Assembly (NCBI GenBank): GCA_963803975.1
Contig: CAWDOY010000029.1
Span: forward strand, 1 to 60,594
DNA length: 60,594 nucleotides
Source: an uncultured delta proteobacterium
GTDB taxonomy: Bacteria; Desulfobacterota; WTBG01; CAIYCZ01
Reading direction: 5' to 3'
Position 1 is the stretch's first letter. Every line of letters begins with the position of its first letter. The notes beneath the pieces were generated by a model. It did no database searches, was not told the origin of the DNA, and saw nothing but the letters and a program-made list of their open reading frames with translations. Below, piece after piece: positions 11,634-22,004 of this stretch. Both the position numbers and the translations under genes were made by a program.

Positions 11634-12185
11634 TCAAAAATCAACCGGCTTTGCCAGAATCTCCCGCACCTTGATATTAAAGAAACGGTTTGAAGAATCG
11701 GCCGCGATAACAGCCGCGGTATCCGCGCCGCGGCCCGAACCGCCGACCGCTATGACATCGCCGGCCGGGATGAGCCCGGCATCAGCCGCCATGGCAGCTA
11801 TCTCCACGCACACCTTGATGCCCTGGCCGAACATCCGCAGGGTGTCCGCCACCACCTGTTCATGGGAAAAATTGTAGCGCGTGCGAAGCGCCGCACCCAG
11901 CCCCCGCAGCACATGCGTTCCCGTATAGACGATGCCGCCCAGGCGCGTGATTTCTTCGCGCGCCTTCTGGTTAAACTCCTGCTTTCCAGGCTCATTAAAC
12001 CCGCTGTTATGGGTAACGATAATTACCTGAATGCCGCACTGGTGAAACAGCCGTGCTGCCGCAAGCCCCGTCTCACCGGCGGTTGAGGCAACAAGAACAA
12101 AGCCGATGCCCCGCTTGACTGCCTCGGCTTTTGCAATCCGCAGGGTTTCCTGCGTGTTTTCTTTTCCTGCCTTCTGAAAATACAC
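11634..12185 (-). CDS. Stand-alone pyruvate kinase alpha/beta (PK_C) domain protein
   Basis: YFQKAGKENT, VASTAGETG, TLRMFGQGIKVCVEIAAMAADAG; GTG start at 12185 after AGAGGG. Confidence 0.85.
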   Translation of the reverse strand: MYFQKAGKENTQETLRIAKAEAVKRGIGFVLVASTAGETGLAAARLFHQCGIQVIIVTHNSGFNEPGKQEFNQKAREEITRLGGIVYTGTHVLRGLGAALRTRYNFSHEQVVADTLRMFGQGIKVCVEIAAMAADAGLIPAGDVIAVGGSGRGADTAAVIAADSSNRFFNIKVREILAKPVDF

Positions 12186-12210
12186 TGCGCCCTCTGCTCG
12201 CGCAAAGCCG

Positions 12211-12645
12211 CTACCGGACCGTGTCCAGCAGGTCGCTTGCTGCAGCACTCTTTACCTGGCTTTCCTCCCACACCATCTGGCAGTTGCCTTCAAAGAGCAC
12301 GCCCTCGGCAATAATAAGGCTGCCGGTTTTTATGTTGCCCCTGAGCTTGCCGTGAGAAGTAATCTCGAGCTTGGTCTTGGCGACAATATTGCCATGCACT
12401 TCCCCGCTCATGAGCACCGTGTCCGCGGTAATGTCTGCTTCCACCTTGCCGGTCTCACCGATGATGATACAGGCATCACTCATGATCTTGCCCTTGAACA
12501 CGCCTTCCACGCAGACATTCTCCCGGGAGGAAATTATTCCCTCAATCATGGTGCCGCTGCCGATAACAGTATCCCGCGGTACTGCTTCCGCGGATTCATA
12601 CCGGACATGGGTATCTGTTTCAGCATTTTTCTTGAAAATGCTCAT
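12211..12645 (-). CDS. Bactofilin (polymer-forming cytoskeletal protein)
   Basis: TVIGSGTMIEG...VEG.FKG...IGETGKVEADI beta-helix repeats. Confidence 0.9.
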   Translation of the reverse strand: MSIFKKNAETDTHVRYESAEAVPRDTVIGSGTMIEGIISSRENVCVEGVFKGKIMSDACIIIGETGKVEADITADTVLMSGEVHGNIVAKTKLEITSHGKLRGNIKTGSLIIAEGVLFEGNCQMVWEESQVKSAAASDLLDTVR

Positions 12646-13042
12646 AAAAACCCCCTGTTTAAATTTAAAGAAGCTATCAGCGCTCCAAGTACGTGCTCGA
12701 GTTCGTAGTAATGACTGTTCGGACCTTTGGCGTCCTTCTGCACTGCCAATCCCGTAATCCGGCGACAATTCTATTCCCTATTCAATTTGACTTTACCTCA
12801 TAAACCATAACCCTTGTCAAGGATATTGTGGCAGGCACCTGCGGGCCGTATCGCGCTTGTTTTTAACGTGTTGCGTTTATCAAATTAAATAACTCCAAAA
12901 CTCCGTAACCCCTCAACGCGCTAACTCTCAATGGCCTCTGTGGTTCCATAAAACGTAACCGTACCCCTATGACCATTCCCCGGAGCAGGTTATTATAGCT
13001 TCATTTATTAAAATATGGTATTAGTTCAGGCAACTTAAAGAC

Positions 13043-13071
13043 TTGCAGCGGCTATGCTCTTTTCTTATAAT
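13043..13071 (+). promoter_or_regulatory. Sigma70-type promoter
   Basis: TTGCAG-N17-TATAAT. Confidence 0.5.
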
Positions 13072-13088
13072 TGCTAACACCGGCTTGC

Positions 13089-13307
13089 ATGACGATTATG
13101 CCCTGGCTTCCCTACGAGAATGATGATTTCTGCATCGGCTCCATTCAGTACAGCTTCTGCAGCTCGTGCGGACTCATGCTGACGCACGCCGCGCGCTACC
13201 AGCAGCCGGATGAGCCACTCTGCCAGGACTGCTATGAAATACTGAAGGGCTCTTCTGACGCCGAACGGCAAAAACTCATAGACGCTCTTCATGACGGGCG
13301 CGCATAA
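13089..13307 (+). CDS. Small zinc-finger-like protein
   Basis: CSSC and CQDC pairs; lies downstream of a promoter and directly before the HlyD gene. Confidence 0.45.
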   Translation: MTIMPWLPYENDDFCIGSIQYSFCSSCGLMLTHAARYQQPDEPLCQDCYEILKGSSDAERQKLIDALHDGRA

Positions 13308-13351
13308 ATGCGCTCCTACAATACAATAATATAATGACGGGTCGCATACCA

Positions 13352-14314
13352 ATGATTAAAAAACTGTATCCTCTTGTTCTCTGCCTGCTGCTCGGGTGCA
13401 ACCAGCTCTCAGGCGGCCTGGTAGAATCTACCGGCACCCTCGAGGCCACGCAGATTGATATCCGGGCAGAGGTCGGGGGAAAAATTCTCAAGCTCAACTT
13501 TGACGACGGCGACCGGGTAACAAAGGGCGCGTTGTTTGCCGAGATAGACCGGGAAAAGCTTGAATACCAGCTCCAGGGGGCCCAGGCCGGTCTTCGGGAA
13601 AGTGAGGCCCAGCTCGCGCAGCTGCAGAGCGGGTTCAGAGTGGAAGAGGTGGGCAAAGCAAAAGAGATATTTCTTGAAGCGCAGGTGCAGATGGAAGAGG
13701 CAGAGCGTGAATATAACCGGGTGCTCAAACTCTATCGGGAGAAGGTAGCTGCTCCTGATATGAAGGACCGGGCCGAGACCGCCTACAAATCAGCCCGCAA
13801 ACGCTATGAAGCGGCAAATAATGATTATCAGATGCTTAAAAAAGGTTACCGGGAGGAAGAGATAGCGCGCGCGCGCGCTGCAAAGGAAGGCGCTGAAGCG
13901 GCAATCCGGCTCATCCAGCGCAGCATCAAAGACGCGACCGTCATCATCCCCGCGAACGGCATCATGCAGGTGCGCTATGTGGAACTCGGGGAGCTGGTAA
14001 CGCCGGGCAGCATCCTGGCCACAATCACCGATCTGCATGATATGTGGATCATGGCCTATGTTTCTGAGAAGAACCTCGGGCAAATAAAGCTCGGCCAGAG
14101 CGCCGAGGTATTTGTCGACTCCTTTCCGCAAAAACCGTTCCCGGGAAAAGTCAGCTATATCTCCACCGAAGCGGAGTTCACCCCTAAAAACATCCAGACC
14201 AAGGAAGAGCGGGTGAAGCTGGTCTATGCGGTCAAGGTGCAGATTGACAACACCAAAGAACTCTTAAAAGTCGGCATGCCGGCAGATGTTGTCATCAGCG
14301 CAAGCCAGAACTGA
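13352..14314 (+). CDS. HlyD-family efflux periplasmic adaptor (YbhG-like lipoprotein)
   Basis: LLGC lipobox, coiled-coil hairpin, AEFTPKNIQTKEERVKLVY. Confidence 0.92.
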   Translation: MIKKLYPLVLCLLLGCNQLSGGLVESTGTLEATQIDIRAEVGGKILKLNFDDGDRVTKGALFAEIDREKLEYQLQGAQAGLRESEAQLAQLQSGFRVEEVGKAKEIFLEAQVQMEEAEREYNRVLKLYREKVAAPDMKDRAETAYKSARKRYEAANNDYQMLKKGYREEEIARARAAKEGAEAAIRLIQRSIKDATVIIPANGIMQVRYVELGELVTPGSILATITDLHDMWIMAYVSEKNLGQIKLGQSAEVFVDSFPQKPFPGKVSYISTEAEFTPKNIQTKEERVKLVYAVKVQIDNTKELLKVGMPADVVISASQN

Positions 14315-14348
14315 ACCATCGCCACGCTCTAAAAGATAGATTATTACC

Positions 14349-15278
14349 ATGCCGGCAATCTCCACGACAAACCTGACCAAAAAATTTGACCGCGTCACTG
14401 CCGTCAACAGCCTGAATCTCTCCATAGAGAAGGGAGAGATTTTCGGCTTTCTCGGCCCCAACGGCGCCGGCAAGTCAACCACCATCCGCATGCTCTGCGG
14501 CATCCTCGAGCCCACCAGCGGCGACGGCCAGGTGGGCGGGTTTGATATCAACCGGGAGTCCGAGCAGATAAAAAAAATCATCGGCTACATGTCCCAGAGC
14601 TTCGGCCTCTACCAGGACCTGACCGTGGAGGAAAACCTCAAGTTTTATTCCCGGCTCTACATTGCCGACCGCAAGACCGCGCTCCAGCACATCGAAGCAG
14701 TGGTTGAGCTGCTGCAGCTTGACCCCTACCGCAAACATCTGGCGGCAAATCTTTCCGGCGGCTGGCGCCAGCGCCTGGCGCTTGCCTGCTCGGTGGTGCA
14801 CCGGCCGCAGCTCATTTTTCTTGACGAGCCGACCGCGGGCATCGACCCGGTATCCCGGAGAATCCTCTGGGATTTTCTCTACGAGCTTGCCCACGGGGGC
14901 ACCACCCTGTTTATCACCACCCATTACATGGAGGAGGCTGAGCGCTGCAACAAGATCGGCTTCATCTGGAAGGGCAACCTGGTGGCCTGCGACACCCCGG
15001 AGGGCGTGAAGCAGGGCCTGATGCATGAGCAGATACTGAGCCTGAAGTGCCCGGACCTGAACAGCGCCTACAAATATCTGCGCACCCACGGGCTGGTAAA
15101 AGATGTCAACCTCTATGGCGATGAAATACATCTGGTGGTGGAAAATGCCGCCGCCGCCATCCCCGAGCTGAAAAAATCCCTCGCCGCAGCGCACCACACG
15201 GTTGAAACCCTGGAGCAGATTCAGCCCTCTATTGAAGACGTGTTTGTGTCTTTGTCCAAAACCACCAGCAACGGGTAG
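14349..15278 (+). CDS. ABC transporter ATP-binding protein
   Basis: GPNGAGKST, LSGG, LDEPT, TTHYMEEAE. Confidence 0.95.
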   Translation: MPAISTTNLTKKFDRVTAVNSLNLSIEKGEIFGFLGPNGAGKSTTIRMLCGILEPTSGDGQVGGFDINRESEQIKKIIGYMSQSFGLYQDLTVEENLKFYSRLYIADRKTALQHIEAVVELLQLDPYRKHLAANLSGGWRQRLALACSVVHRPQLIFLDEPTAGIDPVSRRILWDFLYELAHGGTTLFITTHYMEEAERCNKIGFIWKGNLVACDTPEGVKQGLMHEQILSLKCPDLNSAYKYLRTHGLVKDVNLYGDEIHLVVENAAAAIPELKKSLAAAHHTVETLEQIQPSIEDVFVSLSKTTSNG

Positions 15279-15285
15279 GCGCCGC

Positions 15286-16422
15286 ATGTTTCGCAGAATT
15301 TACGTTGTCGTGTGCAAGGAGCTGATCCAGATCAAGCGCGATCCCATCGCCCTCATGCTGCTCTTCATGCTGCCGGCGTTTCTGCTCTTTATTTTCGGCT
15401 TTGCCATTAATCTTGATATCCGCAAAATCCCGCTGGCCGTGCTCGACTATGACCGGACAGAAAATTCCCGCACCCTGGTTGACCGCTTTGTCACCTCCGG
15501 CTATTTTGTGCTCGTTAAGCGGCTCTCCTCTGAGGAAGAGATCAACCGGCTGCTTGACCGCGGCGAGGTCAAGGTCGTTCTCAAAATCCGCAATAATTTC
15601 CAGCGCGACGTCCTGAAAGGCAAAAGCACGCCGGTCCAGGTTCTGATTGACGGCACCGACAACAACACCGCAACCGTGGTCATGGGCTACGCCCGCACCA
15701 TTATCCAGGAGCATTCGCGGGACGCGCTCTTTGAGCTGCTGCGGTCAAGCGGCGGAACGAGCTTTGCCGCCCTGCCCTCCCTCGATGTGCGGCCCGATAT
15801 CTGGTACAACCCGGAGCTGCGCAGCATCAATTTCATGGTGCCGGGCCTCATCGGCATCATCATGATGGTGGTCGCGGTGGTCAACATGTCGGTGTCGATC
15901 GTGCGGGAAAAAGAGCGCGGCACCATTGAGGCCATCATGGTCTCGCCCCTGAAGCCCTTTGAGCTGATGCTGGGAAAAATCGTGCCCTACATTATGATCG
16001 CCGTCACTGACCTGCTGCTCGTAATACTCTTGAGCCGCTATTTTTTCGCGGTCCCGTTCCGGGGAAGCTTCTGGCTGTTCATGTTTTTGTCGCTCATCTT
16101 TCTGGCTTCCGCCCTTTCCACGGGTCTCTTTATCTCAAGCATTACCAAGACCTGCCAGGTCGCCTGGCTCATCAGCTTCCTGACGACCATACTGCCGTCC
16201 ATCATTCTTTCCGGCTTCATTTTCCCGATTTCGAGCATGCCGTGGCCCATCCAGATCATCAGCTACAGCCTGCCGGTAAAATATTATATCACCATACTGC
16301 GCGGCATTATCCTGAAAGGCGTCGGCCTGACGGTACTGTATCCGCAGGCGCTGATACTGCTTGGCTTTGCGGTGGTGCTCATCACGGTGAGCTCGTTCAG
16401 GTTCAAAAAACGTATCGCATAG
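15286..16422 (+). CDS. ABC-2 type permease (YbhS-like)
   Basis: KELIQIKRD, WYNPEL, REKERGTIE, multiple TM segments. Confidence 0.92.
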   Translation: MFRRIYVVVCKELIQIKRDPIALMLLFMLPAFLLFIFGFAINLDIRKIPLAVLDYDRTENSRTLVDRFVTSGYFVLVKRLSSEEEINRLLDRGEVKVVLKIRNNFQRDVLKGKSTPVQVLIDGTDNNTATVVMGYARTIIQEHSRDALFELLRSSGGTSFAALPSLDVRPDIWYNPELRSINFMVPGLIGIIMMVVAVVNMSVSIVREKERGTIEAIMVSPLKPFELMLGKIVPYIMIAVTDLLLVILLSRYFFAVPFRGSFWLFMFLSLIFLASALSTGLFISSITKTCQVAWLISFLTTILPSIILSGFIFPISSMPWPIQIISYSLPVKYYITILRGIILKGVGLTVLYPQALILLGFAVVLITVSSFRFKKRIA

Positions 16423-16425
16423 GTT

Positions 16426-17593
16426 ATGAGTCTTCAGCGCATTATTGCAATCATCATAAAAGAACTGCTCCAGCTGAAGCGGGACAAGAAAATGTATCCG
16501 CTGCTGTTTACCGCCCCGCTGGTTCAGCTGGTGGTGCTCGGCTATGCCGCAACCTTTGATATAAAAAACATCCCCACCGGCATCCTTGACCAGGACAACA
16601 CGCTACATGAGCCGCCAGTACACCGACGCGTTCTCCTATAACGGGTACTTTTCCATCCTCTACCGCGCCCGCACCCGCGACGAGCTGTGCCGCCTGCTTG
16701 ATGCCGGTGACATAAAAATAGGAATTGATATCCCGCGGGACTTCCAGAAGGACCTGAAAAAAAACCTGCCGGCGCAGGTGCACGTGCTGGTCGACGGCGC
16801 TGATTCCAACAGCGCCACCATCGGCCTCACCTATGTGAATATCATCTCCCAGAAGTTCGCTTCAAAGCTCATCCTGCAGAGCATCGACACCGCCGCCTTC
16901 CGCGAGGGGGATTTTCTCGGGACCTGGCGCCGCGCCATCGGCAAATCATTGCTGGTAGATGACGCCATGCGCATCTGGTACAACCCGGAGCTGGTGAGCA
17001 AATACTTTTTTGTTCCCGGCGTTATCTGCATGATCCTTCTGATCGTTACCACCAACCTGACCTCTTTGAGCCTGGTCAAGGAAAAGGAGATCGGCACCAT
17101 GGAGCAGCTGATGGTGACGCCGGTAAAGGCAAGCGAGATACTGCTGGGAAAGCTCATCCCCTTTATCATCATCGGCTTTTTAGACGTCATCTTCATCGTG
17201 CTTGCCGCCCTGTTCATCTTTGACGTGCACGTAAAGGGCAGCCTCGTGCTCCTGTTTCTTTTTTCCGGGTTCTTTCTCTTCTCAACCCTTGGCCTGGGCA
17301 TATTTATTTCCACGGTGAGCCGCAGCCAGGAGCAGGCCATGATCATCGCGTTCTTCTTTATCCTGAACATGAACATGCTCTGCGGCGTCATCTTCCCCAT
17401 TGAGAACATGCCGGCGGTGATCCAGTGGTTTACCTACCTTTTGCCGCTGCGCTATTTTGCGATTATTGTGCGGGGGCTTTTTCTGAAGGGCGTGGGGCTT
17501 GACGTGCTCTGGGACCAGGGGCTCTATCTGCTTTTGTGCGGGATTATCATCTTTGCCCTGAGCCTGAGCAGGATGAAGAAAAAAATCTCATGA
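16426..17593 (+). CDS. ABC-2 type permease (YbhR-like), frameshifted near 16600
   Basis: 16426..16641 plus 16586..17593 form one permease (WYNPEL, KEKEIGTMEQL). Confidence 0.88.
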
Positions 17594-17624
17594 AATAAAA
17601 GTTAGAGGAGTTGAGGAGTTAAAA

Positions 17625-17664
17625 AGTTAAGGAGCCGGGCGGTCAGACGCCCGGCTCCTTAACT
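17625..17664. terminator. 17-bp perfect inverted repeat between convergent genes (bidirectional terminator candidate)
   Basis: AGTTAAGGAGCCGGGCG / CGCCCGGCTCCTTAACT. Confidence 0.7.
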
Positions 17665-17678
17665 CAAGTATATGTCGG

Positions 17679-19274
17679 TTATTGCGGGGTGCGCGGGGCT
17701 TTCAGCTTCAGCAGCTCAAGTCTTGAGTATCCAAGGTACTTCCAGAACGCGCTGCCCCTGCTGTGGCACTTGTTGCAGCCATTGAGATTGTCTTTGGTCG
17801 CATAGCCCAGGGCATTTGCGCCTTTCTGCACGCCGTGGTCAATTTTTAGCGCGCAGACCATGGGGAAGGGTATCACCATGACAAGCGCTTTGCGCAGCTT
17901 AAAATTATAGGGCGGGCTCCCTGCCGGCAGCCAGCCTGAATCATCCATCCCTTTATTGGCGGCAGCTGCCAGATCTCCGTCAACCAGGAAGTCCTTCAGT
18001 TTGTAGGCAACCGGCTGCAGCACTCCAAGGTCAAACCAGAGCAGGGCTTCGTAGCGTTTAAACGCGGTGATTTTGGAGCCGTCATCTGTTGCGGTAACCT
18101 TTCAGGCCTCCAATCGGGCCGATGGGACAGGGGCCTTCAAGCACTCCTTCCCAGCCGCCGGATGTGCCGTTGAACCACCGGTACTCAGGAGCTACCCCGT
18201 AATGCACCTCATCTTTAAATTCATAGAAGTGCCCTTCGCTTGTGGGTGGAATGGGATAGCGCAGGTCGCGCTTCATCAGGCCGCCGGTATGGGTGATATG
18301 ACAGGTCTGACAGGCAAGATATGAGGTGTGTTTATCAAGCGTATCTTTGTAATAATTAGCAGAGCTTTTATGTGGCGAAGTGCCGTGACAATTTACGTTT
18401 GAGCAGTTAAACGTATCAGGGACTTTATCGTGCGCCCAGGAGACATTATGCTGTCCGAACTGAACTTTATGTTCGCCGATAAAATGGCACTCGGCGCACC
18501 TGATGCCTGCTTTTGCATGAACATCATTGTCAATGGTTGCGGTCTCCTGCACGCCTGAGCCATTATCATAGGTCAATTGATAGGGTTCTGCTACATAGTC
18601 AGTTCCGTATTTGAAACCTTTCGTCATCTTGCCGTCCGGGGCAAAAACCTTACCGCCGCTGTTTACATGGCAGCGCTTGCAGGCGGTTGCCGAAACTTTG
18701 CCGCCGACTGTTTTGGCGTCTTCAACGCGTGCCAGGCTCCAGTAGCCAATGCCCTGGTCATTGGTTGTAACCGTGCGCTGCCCGTCCTGGCCGCCGCCGT
18801 TATACGTCAAGCCGTGGCACAGCACGCAGTCTATCTGGTCTTTTGATTTATCGGTTACGTCAAGCGGCTGCCCCTGCAGGGTAACCGGCATTGCATCAAC
18901 TCCTGCTGCTACGTGACAAATGCCGCAGCCGGCACTCTTTTGTATACTGCGAATCAAATATGCTGGTCCACTTTTCCGCCCAGTTGGCCCCAACGAGGCC
19001 ACCAGGGAGGCCTCAGTAGCGGTTCCCTTTACCCTTTTCACCGGTCACCAGCTTGTTGGTGAACATATCATAGACTCCCTGCACGTTCCCGAGCAGGCGA
19101 TAGTGAACTGCATGGGTGAGATCATCAACCGCTGCCATCGTGACAGGGCCGACAGGTTTTTGACCCTTCGTAGGTTGTGATAAAACTATGGTCGGTATCA
19201 GCTAAGGCCTCGGGTAAACTTGTCAGGCATAAGAGCAAGACAGAAATAACCATGGAAGCTATACGGTACTTCAT
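17679..19274 (-). CDS. Periplasmic octaheme cytochrome c (OTR-like), candidate selenoprotein; 3 apparent frameshifts plus an in-frame TGA
   Basis: ATG at 19274 after AAGGAG; signal peptide; heme motifs CRPCH, CGICH, CVLCH, CKRCH, CAECH, CSNVNCH, CQTCH, CNKCH; OTR-like DVH, ACQTCH, PEYRWFNG, SKITAFK, HGV; TGA at 19015-19013 within GKGNRY*GLPG. Confidence 0.8.
18985..19012 (-). promoter_or_regulatory. Putative bacterial SECIS element
   Basis: After UGA: 11-nt spacer GGCCUCCCUGG, then stem UGGCCUC, loop GUU, stem GGGGCCA. Confidence 0.6.
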
Positions 19275-19427
19275 TGAATACTCCTTTCTTGTTTGAAGGT
19301 TTTAATGATTATAAGTGATTACCTATAATCTATACCACCTGTTATTGAAAGCGGCAATAGCCGGAAGTAATCAATTAATAAGAAAATCGCGCAATTAATC
19401 GCAGCTGGGGTGTTTTTAATCAGCCGG

Positions 19428-20486
19428 CTACGGGCGGGCTTCAAATATGAGATTAATCGGGCTCTGAGCAGCCCGGCGAAAACGGGAAAACCCTCCTGCT
19501 GTGACAACCTCGCGGATGCGCGCTTCACCGGCCTGCCCGCCAAGGACCATCTGCCCCTCCTGGGCAATGGCGCCGGATGTGCAGAGCAATACCGAGGCGC
19601 AATAAAACAGCCTTCCAACCGGATTGAAGTTGTCCTCCACCCGGTCTCCGGCAAGCGGCTCAACAATCATCCAGGTACCGTCGTCGCTGATTGCCTTTCG
19701 CATGTGCTGCGCGACCCCTACCGGGTCGCCCATATCATGGAGGCAGTCAAACATGGTGATAAGATCGTAGTTATCTCCCGGCATATCCTTCGCGCTGCAG
19801 GCTTCAAAACGCGTTCTGTCTGATACGCCTGCTTCCGCTGCCCGTTTGCGCGCCCACTGAATAGAAAGCTCATGATAATCGAACCCGAAAAAACGGGAGT
19901 TAGGGAACGCCTGAGCCATAAGTATCGTTGATACTCCGTAGCCGCAGCCCACATCAGCCACGCGGGCACCATCTTTTAGTTTCTGCTCCAGCCCGTCGAG
20001 TGCCGGGAGCCAGGAGTTCACCAGGTTGGCAACATAGTTTGGCTTATAGAACCGCTCCGCGCCGAGGTATAATTCAGGATCATGCTCATGCCAGCCGACC
20101 CCCTTTCCGGTGCGAAAAGCTTCAGCAATCTTTGCTTCAGAGCGTATGGCTGCTGTGGCAGCCTGAAATGCGCCCGGCATGTAGGCAGGACTTTGCTCAT
20201 CGGCAAAGGCAAGAACCTGTTCCGGGGAAAGAAAATAGCGGCCGCTTTCCGGGTCATATTCCACATAGCCCCCGGCTGCCATTGCGGGAAGCCACTCAGC
20301 CACGTAGCGCTCGGCAGTCCTGGTGCGCCCTGCCAGCTCTGCGGCGGTAAGCAATCCGGCGCCGGCCATTTCCTTGAACAGCCCGAGCTTCTCGCCGATG
20401 AGCACCAGCGGCGCGTGAAACGTGGCACCGATATCTTCTATAACCTTTCCGATTATTTTATTAAGTTTGGTTTCATCAATGGGCAT
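19428..20486 (-). CDS. Class I SAM-dependent methyltransferase with N-terminal winged helix (Rv2258c-like)
   Basis: GEKLGLF, VADVGCGYG, FDCLHDMGDP, LGGQAGE. Confidence 0.9.
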   Translation of the reverse strand: MPIDETKLNKIIGKVIEDIGATFHAPLVLIGEKLGLFKEMAGAGLLTAAELAGRTRTAERYVAEWLPAMAAGGYVEYDPESGRYFLSPEQVLAFADEQSPAYMPGAFQAATAAIRSEAKIAEAFRTGKGVGWHEHDPELYLGAERFYKPNYVANLVNSWLPALDGLEQKLKDGARVADVGCGYGVSTILMAQAFPNSRFFGFDYHELSIQWARKRAAEAGVSDRTRFEACSAKDMPGDNYDLITMFDCLHDMGDPVGVAQHMRKAISDDGTWMIVEPLAGDRVEDNFNPVGRLFYCASVLLCTSGAIAQEGQMVLGGQAGEARIREVVTAGGFSRFRRAAQSPINLIFEARP

Positions 20487-20581
20487 CTCTTCACCTTTGC
20501 TTAATGGTCAAAATCCCTGTCTCACATCTATGTCTGCCGTTACCTTTACCGCTTTCCCGGCATCTTGCTTTTTCCCTGCTG

Positions 20582-20926
20582 TTACACTGCATTGAAGGCA
20601 TCAAGAGCTTTTATAACTTCTCCCACATGGGTGAAGGCCGGCCCTCCGCCCATGAGCACGGCAACTCCTGCTGCCTCCATTATCTCCTTGCGCGTTGCCC
20701 CGGCCTCAATTGCTTTCTGGACGTGAAGATATATACATGGCGTGCAGTGCTGGGCCACGGCAATGCCAAGGGCCACAAACTCCTTTTCCTTAGTCGTTAA
20801 TGCCCCCGGCTCCAGGCTTTTGCTAACCAGCCCCTGAAAGCTCTTTACTACCTCGGGGATATCACGGGCCATTTTCTGGGTTGATCTGATAAACTCTTTG
20901 AAATAATTCTGCACTTCATTTTCCAT
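20582..20926 (-). CDS. Carboxymuconolactone decarboxylase/AhpD family protein
   Basis: GALTTKEKEFVALGIAVAQHCTPCIYLH, MGGGP. Confidence 0.9.
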   Translation of the reverse strand: MENEVQNYFKEFIRSTQKMARDIPEVVKSFQGLVSKSLEPGALTTKEKEFVALGIAVAQHCTPCIYLHVQKAIEAGATRKEIMEAAGVAVLMGGGPAFTHVGEVIKALDAFNAV

Positions 20927-21048
20927 GGATGTTCTCCTCTCTTGCGAAACCTTATATTATTTTTAATTTTACAGCCTGCGCAGTTCATCTTTTTTCCCTG
21001 AAAAAGATTATCATTATCTATCATGTTGTTGAAAAAGCAGTTTTCTCC

Positions 21049-21173
21049 CAGGCTGGTCAAAAACATCCGGATGCAAGGCGCGCGAAATCAAGAGGAATGA
21101 GGCGTACTGTATAGTACGTCGCAATGACGAATGATGAGCGCAACACAGCAGACGGGTGTTTTTCAACAGCCTG
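21049..21173. repeat. ~125-140 bp non-coding element with ~20-bp imperfect terminal inverted repeats (MITE-like), copy 1
   Basis: CAGGCTGGTCAAAAACATCC...GATGCAAGGCGCGCGAAATCAAGAGGAATGAGG...GGGTGTTTTTCAACAGCCTG. Confidence 0.8.
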
Positions 21174-21179
21174 CTATGA

Positions 21180-21902
21180 CTATTTTTTCATTGGCGTAAC
21201 CAGATAGTATTGGTCTCTCTCAAATGCCTTGACAATAACAGCGCCGATACATGGCCTTACCAGGAGTGCCTCTTCCTGAGTATTGATGAGATTAAACATC
21301 TCCACACAGCACGTGCTCATGTGCACTGAATCAGCTATTGAATACGGAATATTGCCGAATTTTTCACCGCTTCGATAGGCGGGACAAACAAAGTTTGCAT
21401 GCACTGCAGTCCACGTGCACAGCAGGTCTTCAAAGGTACTGATCCGGGCCCCGAACACTTTTCCCAGCCCTTTGACAATCGCTTCCCCCATTTCTTTCGG
21501 AAACGCTCCCCAGCCCTGCGGCTGGCGGGTTTGATAATCAGGGTTAGCGGCAAGCGCCTTTTGCTCCTCCGGCGAGGGAATGCAGGGCGGATCAAACGCG
21601 ACCGGCTCGATAGTCGTCTCAAGAAATTGATTAAACGGTTCAGCAAGTGCCTGTGAGGTTACAACAAGATATTTGCCTGCATGTTGCGATGCCTGGTACC
21701 ACGGTGCAGCATCAAATCTGCAGATCACCGACCAGGTTGCAGGTTCGGCATAGCCAATCTCTGCAAGCAGTATCTCACAGGGGTTCTGCTTGGCACGCGC
21801 CATCTCAATCCCCTGAGCCTGCAGGTGCGCTTTGAGCTGCTCAAGATGTTCTTCGGTAAGCCAGTAGCAGTATTTCCATGGTTTCTTTATGTGCTCATCC
21901 AT
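21180..21902 (-). CDS. Hypothetical Cys-containing protein
   Basis: 240-aa ORF with RBS AAGGAG; C-terminal STCC...RPCIG is weakly reminiscent of DUF169. Confidence 0.6.
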   Translation of the reverse strand: MDEHIKKPWKYCYWLTEEHLEQLKAHLQAQGIEMARAKQNPCEILLAEIGYAEPATWSVICRFDAAPWYQASQHAGKYLVVTSQALAEPFNQFLETTIEPVAFDPPCIPSPEEQKALAANPDYQTRQPQGWGAFPKEMGEAIVKGLGKVFGARISTFEDLLCTWTAVHANFVCPAYRSGEKFGNIPYSIADSVHMSTCCVEMFNLINTQEEALLVRPCIGAVIVKAFERDQYYLVTPMKK

Positions 21903-22004
21903 TGGTAGCTCCTTTTAAAAGAATCAAGAATTGTTTAAATATAAATCGGCATATGCTTGGTTACCTCCTGTTAAGCGCTGTGCGCGTAAACAATTAAACG
22001 GGCC

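Noticed and set aside
12690..12800. Possible c-di-GMP riboswitch upstream of bactofilin (GGACGCCAAAGG on the minus strand)
   Set aside because: The GGCAAAC/GAAA tetraloop-receptor architecture could not be built by eye; an Infernal scan would be needed.
14475..15287. Long antisense ORFs (also 22806..23552, 36075..36707, 58235..58915)
   Set aside because: These are shadow frames of well-supported genes on the opposite strand.
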